Source of the DNA: an uncultured Erysipelotrichaceae bacterium
Lineage (GTDB): Bacteria > Bacillota_I > Bacilli_A > Erysipelotrichales > Erysipelotrichaceae
Reading direction: 5' to 3'
Assembly: GCA_942492995.1 (NCBI GenBank)
Contig: OW818653.1
Span: 1,470,001 to 1,502,000, forward strand
DNA: 32,000 nt
Shown: piece after piece, positions 26,086-32,000 of the stretch
Layout: each line of letters begins with the position of its first letter
Numbering within the stretch: position 1 is the stretch's first letter
The notes under the pieces: generated by a model
Databases searched by the model: none
What the model saw: the letters and a program-made list of their open reading frames with translations, nothing else
What the model was told of the DNA's origin: nothing
Translations under genes and position numbers: made by a program

Positions 26086-28218
26086 ATCTTCTGCCTTCGC
26101 AAATACGACTAAGGTATATGGATTAATGGTCGCATTTTGTACAAGTACACCATCTATTAACCCAGCTTCATTCGCAATTATCTTAACGAAGGAATTAAAA
26201 CTTTCATAGTAAATCTGATTGGTTGGATTGATATAAATCCAAATATCCGTATATGGATCCGATTTCTCACAATGATAGTTCACAATTAACATTCCATCAA
26301 ATTCTCTAAACTTAACATGTTTATCAATAATATCTGGATCCGTTAAGCGTAATATTGGGAACATCTTTCTTAGCTTAATCATATCTTTTGTGTACTTAAA
26401 CACTTCAATATAACGATCTTTACGTGTCCATTCAATTTGATTTACTGTATCTGGACTGCGATAAGTATTATGAATTCCATTCTTAGTACGACAGAACTCT
26501 TGTCCACTATGGATAAATGGAATACCTTGTGCAAGTAATAATGTCCCAATCATGAGTTTCTGACGTTTAATTCTAACTTCACGATTATCTTCTTTATTAC
26601 TTTCTTTCATCTTATCCCAAACAGTATGATTATCATGACATTCAAGATAATTAATGGATTGAGCTGGTTTATCAAATAAACGTGTACGATTTGCGATTGA
26701 TGTACCAACCATACAAGCTTTCATTGATTCAATATAATTGGTATCGCCTGTACAATACCCTTTCACATTCACTTCTTCGTGTTGGGTTTTACCTTTAACA
26801 TGTTCTCTAAAGAAATCATTGAAGTGACCAATGTTTGGCATTAAGTGTTGATTATACCGATTCGCTTTTTGATTTTCCGGAAGTGACGTTGGCATATTCC
26901 ATCCTTCACCATAAACAAGTGAATCTGGTTTAATTGATCGACATAATTTCTCAACTTGATTCATCGTATCGACATCAAGTACGCCCATTAAATCAAATCT
27001 AAATCCATCCACATCATAATTAACCATCCAGTGTTTGACACTGTCTAGAATATATTTACGTGCCATCTTACGATTCGAATCAAAGTCATTTCCACAGAAC
27101 GACCCATTTGATAATGCGCCTGAATTCGAACGTCTAAAGTAATAATATGGCACGACCATTTCGAAAGAACTCGCTTCCATATCATAGACATGGTTATATA
27201 CGACATCCATGATGACTCTTATATCATTCTTATGGAACGTCTCAACCATTAACTGCGCATCTTCGATACGACAGGTAGGACAATCTGGATCAGTACTATA
27301 ACTACCTTCAGGTACATTGTATTGAACAGGATCATATCCCCAGTTATAGAAAAGAGACACATTGTGTTCATCAACTGTCGCAAAATCATACATTGGCATA
27401 ATTTGAACATGCGTTACACCAAGTTCTTTGATATGCGCTAGACCTGTTGAAACACCCGCTAGAGTTTTCGTATTTTCTTCAGTTAAACCTAAAAATTTAC
27501 CACGGTTTACGATGTTCGATTCAGCTTGCATGGTAAAATCACGTACACTCAATTCATAAATGATCGAATCTGTTGGTTGTACTAATGGACTTAGTTTATA
27601 ACGATTCGTTTTCTTTAATTGATTAAAATCAATAATTACAGAACGTTGATTATTTCCAGTAGAACCAATCCCCATCGGGTCAATTGCGGTATTCCAACTT
27701 CCATTCACATTGATATGATAGAGATAACTTAAACCATGTCCGTTAAAATCGACATGACGTCTAAACACACCTTTATCACTGCGAATTAACTCAATGACTT
27801 GAGGACCATTCTCTTTAAAGATTTCTACCACCATACGAGTCGCGGTTGGAGCCCATATCGCAAAATCACATGTATTTAAAGTACATTTAACCCCTAAATC
27901 ATCGCCATCATAATAGAACTCTTCATCAAAACGTAGCGATTTGGTAATTAAACTATATTGTAGAGGTACGGTTAATCCATGTTCCTCTAATACATCATAT
28001 TTATTTCCAATCACAAGTGATGTATCACATCCAAGTGTATATTTATAATAATCATTCCCACTGTGTTCATAATTATAGATAGAACACTTCGCAAGTTGAC
28101 CCATTTCATCCCGCACATAAAAGGCATCACTTCTACCTTGATAAAACTCTTTTGAGAGATATGCAGTGATTATTCCATAATCATCTAGATGTGCTTCAAA
28201 CCGATTTATTTTACGCAT
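26077..28218 (-). CDS. pulA: Type I pullulanase / glycogen-debranching GH13 enzyme, cytoplasmic
   Basis: Carries the type-I pullulanase signature YNWGYDP. Region I MDVVYNHV, region II VDGFRFDLMG, region III VYGEGW, region IV LECHDNHT. No signal peptide. Confidence 0.9.
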   Translation of the reverse strand: MRKINRFEAHLDDYGIITAYLSKEFYQGRSDAFYVRDEMGQLAKCSIYNYEHSGNDYYKYTLGCDTSLVIGNKYDVLEEHGLTVPLQYSLITKSLRFDEEFYYDGDDLGVKCTLNTCDFAIWAPTATRMVVEIFKENGPQVIELIRSDKGVFRRHVDFNGHGLSYLYHINVNGSWNTAIDPMGIGSTGNNQRSVIIDFNQLKKTNRYKLSPLVQPTDSIIYELSVRDFTMQAESNIVNRGKFLGLTEENTKTLAGVSTGLAHIKELGVTHVQIMPMYDFATVDEHNVSLFYNWGYDPVQYNVPEGSYSTDPDCPTCRIEDAQLMVETFHKNDIRVIMDVVYNHVYDMEASSFEMVVPYYYFRRSNSGALSNGSFCGNDFDSNRKMARKYILDSVKHWMVNYDVDGFRFDLMGVLDVDTMNQVEKLCRSIKPDSLVYGEGWNMPTSLPENQKANRYNQHLMPNIGHFNDFFREHVKGKTQHEEVNVKGYCTGDTNYIESMKACMVGTSIANRTRLFDKPAQSINYLECHDNHTVWDKMKESNKEDNREVRIKRQKLMIGTLLLAQGIPFIHSGQEFCRTKNGIHNTYRSPDTVNQIEWTRKDRYIEVFKYTKDMIKLRKMFPILRLTDPDIIDKHVKFREFDGMLIVNYHCEKSDPYTDIWIYINPTNQIYYESFNSFVKIIANEAGLIDGVLVQNATINPYTLVVFAKAEDKK

Positions 28219-28231
28219 GACTTTATTATAC

Positions 28232-29395
28232 CTAATTTATTGAATCTGACAATTTATGTTCATCAACTAATCTAAATGTTTTTTGAATTGCGAAGAATGA
28301 TAGAATGCTCGATATGAACACAATACCTAATAATAGTCTAAATCCATACGCTTGATAGAGTAGTGGATTGATAAAACTAATCATTAGTGAAGTAACAGAC
28401 ATGGTTAAACTTAACAACGCGGTTAAACTTGCACTATTCTTAACAGGAAGAGAAGATGCGACAGGATAAAGAACACCTAATACTAAATCAAACGATAAAG
28501 CGAACACAAAACTAGCTGGTAATATTATCCATGATTGAAGTGAGAAAATTAGTGGCACAACACATATAATTCCGATAATACCATACTTTAATAAATCTCT
28601 AAACGCATATTTATGACCTAAGAAGATAATCACAAAGCCAGACCCAACCGTTCCTAAACCAATAATGGTATAGATAAATGAGATAGATTCTTGAGTTTCA
28701 CCGATTGAATTAAGATAGATACTCAAAAAACTAAAGATTGTGTTCGGTGCGATAGCTAAAAAGAACGTCCCAATTAACAGCCATTTTACGAAACGTATTT
28801 TAAATAATGATTTAAAATCATTGAGTGTGACTGGAACTAAATGTGTATTCTTCACTACTGGTATTCGTGTAATAAGTAGTGCGAAGATCAGAGATAATCC
28901 AAATGAAAATAAATAAAATATTTGGAAACTAAAGTATCTTACTGTAATTGCGCCAACAATAGGCGCTGCGAATATTCCGAGCGCAAACGCGAGTTTAAAG
29001 TAACCTGATACTTTTACTAGAATCTTAGGTTCTACGAGTCGTGCATAATATACCGCAACTAACGCAAAGAAGACGTTATGTCCAATCCCAATTATGAGTC
29101 GAGTGATAAAGTATACTGCAGGTGTTGTCGCAAATGAGGTAAGTAGTGCGCCAAAACTGAAAATGAATGTTCCTAATACTAACATATTCTTCAAACCTTT
29201 TTGGTCCGCAAAGTAACCAAACAATGGGACTAACATTCCTGACGCAATGAAACCAATGTTTAGATATGGAACAAGCGTGATTGATATCTTAAAATAATCC
29301 GCAAGCGCTGGTGACACAGAAAGAATAAAAGACATGGTCATCGTTGTTGTGAATTGAAAAGCCATTAAAACTAAGATAGTTACTAAGATTGACAT
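28232..29395 (-). CDS. MFS transporter (387 aa, about 12 TM), substrate unknown
   Basis: Hydrophobic throughout and shows the MFS loop 2-3-like FGYFADQKGLKN motif. It is flanked by glgP and the pullulanase gene on the same strand with short gaps. Confidence 0.75.
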   Translation of the reverse strand: MSILVTILVLMAFQFTTTMTMSFILSVSPALADYFKISITLVPYLNIGFIASGMLVPLFGYFADQKGLKNMLVLGTFIFSFGALLTSFATTPAVYFITRLIIGIGHNVFFALVAVYYARLVEPKILVKVSGYFKLAFALGIFAAPIVGAITVRYFSFQIFYLFSFGLSLIFALLITRIPVVKNTHLVPVTLNDFKSLFKIRFVKWLLIGTFFLAIAPNTIFSFLSIYLNSIGETQESISFIYTIIGLGTVGSGFVIIFLGHKYAFRDLLKYGIIGIICVVPLIFSLQSWIILPASFVFALSFDLVLGVLYPVASSLPVKNSASLTALLSLTMSVTSLMISFINPLLYQAYGFRLLLGIVFISSILSFFAIQKTFRLVDEHKLSDSIN

Positions 29396-29416
29396 AAAGT
29401 CCTCTCTAATAAAGAC

Positions 29417-29435
29417 AGGTAGCGAATCGCTACCT
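29417..29435 (-). other. Stem-loop at the glgP stop codon (AGGTAGCG-att-CGCTACCT on the reverse strand)
   Basis: An 8-bp perfect stem with a 3-nt loop, followed by gtctttatta and then the GAGAGG SD of the MFS gene. The T-tract is weak, so it is more likely a stabiliser or attenuator than a full terminator. Confidence 0.4.
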
Positions 29436-31836
29436 AGTCGTTAATTGGTTTAATTTTCCAAATCTCATCCGCATACTCTTGAATCGTACGATCCGAAGAG
29501 AAGAAACCAGATTGTGCAATATTGACTAAGCACATTCTAGCCCAATATTCTTTATCCATATAGCGACGCGCTACTTCTTCTTGTGCCGCTACATATTCTC
29601 TAAAGTCTGCGAGTAAGAAATACTCATCATTTCTAAACATAAGCTCATCATGAATGGTTTTGAATTCATCAATACTTAGACTGAATGTACCATCCATAAA
29701 TGAATTTACAACGGCCTTTAATTCAGGATCCGCATTAACATATGCCCATGCATCATAACCCTTAGCTTTTAGCTCTTCTATTTCATCCACTTTGAGTCCG
29801 AATATAACATCATACTCTTCCCCAACATGTTCATGAATCTCTACATTCGCCCCATCAAGTGTACCGAGTGTAATCGCGCCATTCATCATAAACTTCATAT
29901 TGCCTGTCCCTGACGCTTCTTTACCAGCCGTAGAGATTTGTTCAGACACATCCGCCGCATTCATCAAGATTTCAGCGATAGATACATTGTAGTTTGGAAT
30001 GAAGACAACTTTCATAAACTTAGATACATATGGATCGTTATTAATCTTATCCCCTACAGAATGAATTAGTTTAATAACCTTCTTCGCAAAGTAATACGCA
30101 GGCGCTGCTTTTGCCGCAAAGATAAAGCTATGTGGAACCATTGTGAAGTTAGGATCTGATTTTAACTTCTGATAGAGATAGATAATATGCATTACATTTA
30201 ATAATTGACGTTTATATGCATGAAGACGTTTAGCTTGAACATCGAAGATCGAATTAGTGTCTAATTCAACACCTGTAACTTCTTTAATATATTTCGCTAA
30301 GATTTCTTTACGTTCTAATTTAACTTTTAAGAAGTCTTTTTGAAGTTTCTTTTTCTTCACATGAGGCATTAAGTTAATAAGATGTTCAGGTTGATAAACA
30401 TAATCATCTCCGATTGTCTTATCCAATAATTCTCTTAATTGAGGATTGGAATACACTAACCATCTACGATGAGTAATACCATTGGTTTTATTGTTAAATT
30501 TAGTACTAAAGATACGGTAGAAATCTTTCATGACATCATTAATCAAGATTTCAGTATGTAATTTCGCAACGCCATTAACCGACATACTCGCAACAATCGC
30601 CAAGTTAGCCATGTGGATTTGTCCATCTTTAATAATGGATACACGTTTTACGAGATCTTCTTCATACGGGAATTGTGCTTTCACATTTTCCACAAAACGA
30701 CGATTAATTTCTTCGATAATCATATAAATTCTTGGTAATAAGAGTTGTACGAAATGAATTGGCCATTTTTCAAGTGCTTCAGCCATAACAGTATGATTGG
30801 TATACGCAACACATTTTGTGACTATTGCCCAAGCATCATCCCAGTTATAACCATACTCATCCATGAGTAAACGCATAAGTTCAGGAATCGCTAGAACAGG
30901 ATGTGTATCATTTAATTGGAACACAACCTTATCTTGTAGATTATCTAGACTTGGATAAACTCTTAAATGTGCTTTTAGGTAAGAAATAATACCTGCCGAC
31001 ACAAAGAAGTATTGTTGCTTAAGACGTAAGTAACGACCATGTTCAGTAGAATCATCTGGATAGACATTCTGACAGATTTCACGTACTTCTGTAATATATT
31101 GTCTAAAGTCCTTATTGGCAGGTAAAATATCACTCGCCTCAGCACTCCATAAACGTAATGTATTGGTTGTATCAGTTGATTTACCTACAACTGGCATATC
31201 ATACGGAACCGCTAAGACATGTTCGCAATCCACTTGATTGAAGATAATTCTTCCATCATCGGTTTTACCCATTTCAATGCGTCCCCAAAACTTAACATCT
31301 ACCGCATGTTTAGGTTTACGCACTTCCCAAACATTTCCAAGTCTTAACCATTGGTCCGGAACTTCAATTTGAGCCCCATCCACAATCTTCTGTCTAAACA
31401 AACCATATTCATAACGAATACAGTTGCCATGACCTGGTAATGATTTTGACGCTAGTGAATCTAAGAAACACGCAGCTAAACGACCTAAACCACCGTTGCC
31501 TAAACCAGCATCGGATTCTAAGTCTTCTAACTCATTAATATCAATGTCGAGTTCTTTTAAGCCATCTCTAACCACTTCATAAATCCCTAGATTCATCAAG
31601 TTATTGGTCATAAGACGTCCAATTAAAAACTCCATTGAGAAATAAAACATTTGTTTTGCTTCTAATTGTGCAATCGTTTCTTTACTATGTTTCCAATGAA
31701 TAGACGCATAGTCTCTAACCATTTCACCTAAAACGATATAACGTTCTGTACGATGTGATTGCTCAACTGAACGCCCATATAATTCCACAACGCGTTGTGT
31801 AAAGTCGCGTTTGAATTCAAATTTATCTTTAAACAT
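29434..31836 (-). CDS. glgP: Glycogen/maltodextrin phosphorylase (GT35)
   Basis: 800 aa. Carries the pyridoxal-phosphate lysine motif EASGTGNMKFMMNGA and the GLGNGGLGRLAACFLDS glucan-binding region. AGGAGG SD. Confidence 0.95.
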   Translation of the reverse strand: MFKDKFEFKRDFTQRVVELYGRSVEQSHRTERYIVLGEMVRDYASIHWKHSKETIAQLEAKQMFYFSMEFLIGRLMTNNLMNLGIYEVVRDGLKELDIDINELEDLESDAGLGNGGLGRLAACFLDSLASKSLPGHGNCIRYEYGLFRQKIVDGAQIEVPDQWLRLGNVWEVRKPKHAVDVKFWGRIEMGKTDDGRIIFNQVDCEHVLAVPYDMPVVGKSTDTTNTLRLWSAEASDILPANKDFRQYITEVREICQNVYPDDSTEHGRYLRLKQQYFFVSAGIISYLKAHLRVYPSLDNLQDKVVFQLNDTHPVLAIPELMRLLMDEYGYNWDDAWAIVTKCVAYTNHTVMAEALEKWPIHFVQLLLPRIYMIIEEINRRFVENVKAQFPYEEDLVKRVSIIKDGQIHMANLAIVASMSVNGVAKLHTEILINDVMKDFYRIFSTKFNNKTNGITHRRWLVYSNPQLRELLDKTIGDDYVYQPEHLINLMPHVKKKKLQKDFLKVKLERKEILAKYIKEVTGVELDTNSIFDVQAKRLHAYKRQLLNVMHIIYLYQKLKSDPNFTMVPHSFIFAAKAAPAYYFAKKVIKLIHSVGDKINNDPYVSKFMKVVFIPNYNVSIAEILMNAADVSEQISTAGKEASGTGNMKFMMNGAITLGTLDGANVEIHEHVGEEYDVIFGLKVDEIEELKAKGYDAWAYVNADPELKAVVNSFMDGTFSLSIDEFKTIHDELMFRNDEYFLLADFREYVAAQEEVARRYMDKEYWARMCLVNIAQSGFFSSDRTIQEYADEIWKIKPIND

Positions 31837-31889
31837 CCTATCCTCCTAAATACCCTTTAACATAATATCACTAATGAAGTAATTGGTCA

Positions 31890-32000
31890 TTATTTTTTAT
31901 ATTCGAGGTAAATTCCTGCAAATGGCGCAATTCTGACTAAAATACTATGATCAAATCGATGCGATTCAATCGGTTCACTATTTACCGGGAAATAATTGCA
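31890..32000 (-). CDS. glgB: 3' end (last 36 codons) of a probable 1,4-alpha-glucan branching enzyme gene
   Basis: My manual reverse-strand translation gives CNYFPVNSEPIESHRFDHSILVRIAPFAGIYLEYKK*. From memory this resembles the C-terminal ..S.P..SHGR.HSL.L.LPPL...L.. ending of GlgB proteins. It sits 53 nt upstream of glgP with no terminator between them. Only 36 aa are visible. Confidence 0.5.
   Translation of the reverse strand, partial: CNYFPVNSEPIESHRFDHSILVRIAPFAGIYLEYKK

Noticed and set aside
11381-30727. Remaining short track ORFs: 11381..11611(-), 12335..12526(-), 12908..13102(+), 16873..17154(+), 20171..20386(-), 21700..21885(+), 22481..22693(+), 24447..24629(+), 25661..25903(-), 30530..30727(+)
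   Set aside because: Each lies wholly or almost wholly inside a longer gene with strong family motifs, either on the opposite strand or out of frame on the same strand (20171..20386). None has a convincing ribosome-binding site.
1-32000. Search for CRISPR repeats, tRNA/rRNA, riboswitch or T-box leaders, IS elements, integrases, toxin-antitoxin pairs, restriction-modification or other defence modules
   Set aside because: No long unexplained non-coding gap exists; the largest is about 180 nt at 3383..3560. I noticed no regularly spaced repeats, and every ORF over 150 aa has a metabolic, transport or regulatory assignment or is one of the two exoproteins discussed. I cannot exclude small RNAs without computation.
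1-32000. Possibility of Mollicutes-type genetic code (UGA = Trp), given the low GC
   Set aside because: Genes end cleanly at TGA where expected (for example the fructokinase stop at 20813..20815 within an ATGA overlap). All family-length proteins are obtained with code 11.

Overview
The window is a low-GC (roughly one-third GC by eye), gene-dense, Bacillota-type chromosomal segment. About 90% of it is coding, almost all on the minus strand, with standard code 11. It is an unusually dense alpha-glucan/sucrose locus. glgC-glgD-glgA sits at the left edge and glgB(3' end)-glgP-MFS-pullulanase at the right edge. Between them lie a LacI-family regulator, which is divergent from a roughly 10.7 kb operon, and a separate 693-aa GlgE/maltosyltransferase-like GH13 gene. 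That operon encodes a CUT1 ABC binding protein, two permeases, a PfkB fructokinase, an amylosucrase-type GH13, an oligo-1,6-glucosidase-type GH13, a small PucR-type HTH protein, an MsmK-type ATPase and a small GH13. Unrelated genes are interleaved. One is a gap-free operon of SBP-like exoprotein, MFS, ung, folC, FolT-like ECF S-component and a 33-aa peptide. The others are a GNAT, cutC, and an orphan membrane-anchored PstS-like protein with an unknown C-terminal domain. I found no rRNA, tRNA, CRISPR array, transposase/integrase, toxin-antitoxin pair or recognisable defence system. The findings are therefore modest and hypothesis-level. The main ones are a solute-binding-protein-like gene translationally coupled to an MFS transporter, a G8 tract in front of it, the orphan PstS fusion, an embedded PucR-like regulator, a shared cre/LacI-type operator at two loci, and a non-PTS amylosucrase plus fructokinase sucrose route placed among the glycogen genes. 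All family calls come from motif recognition by eye. No database search was run.
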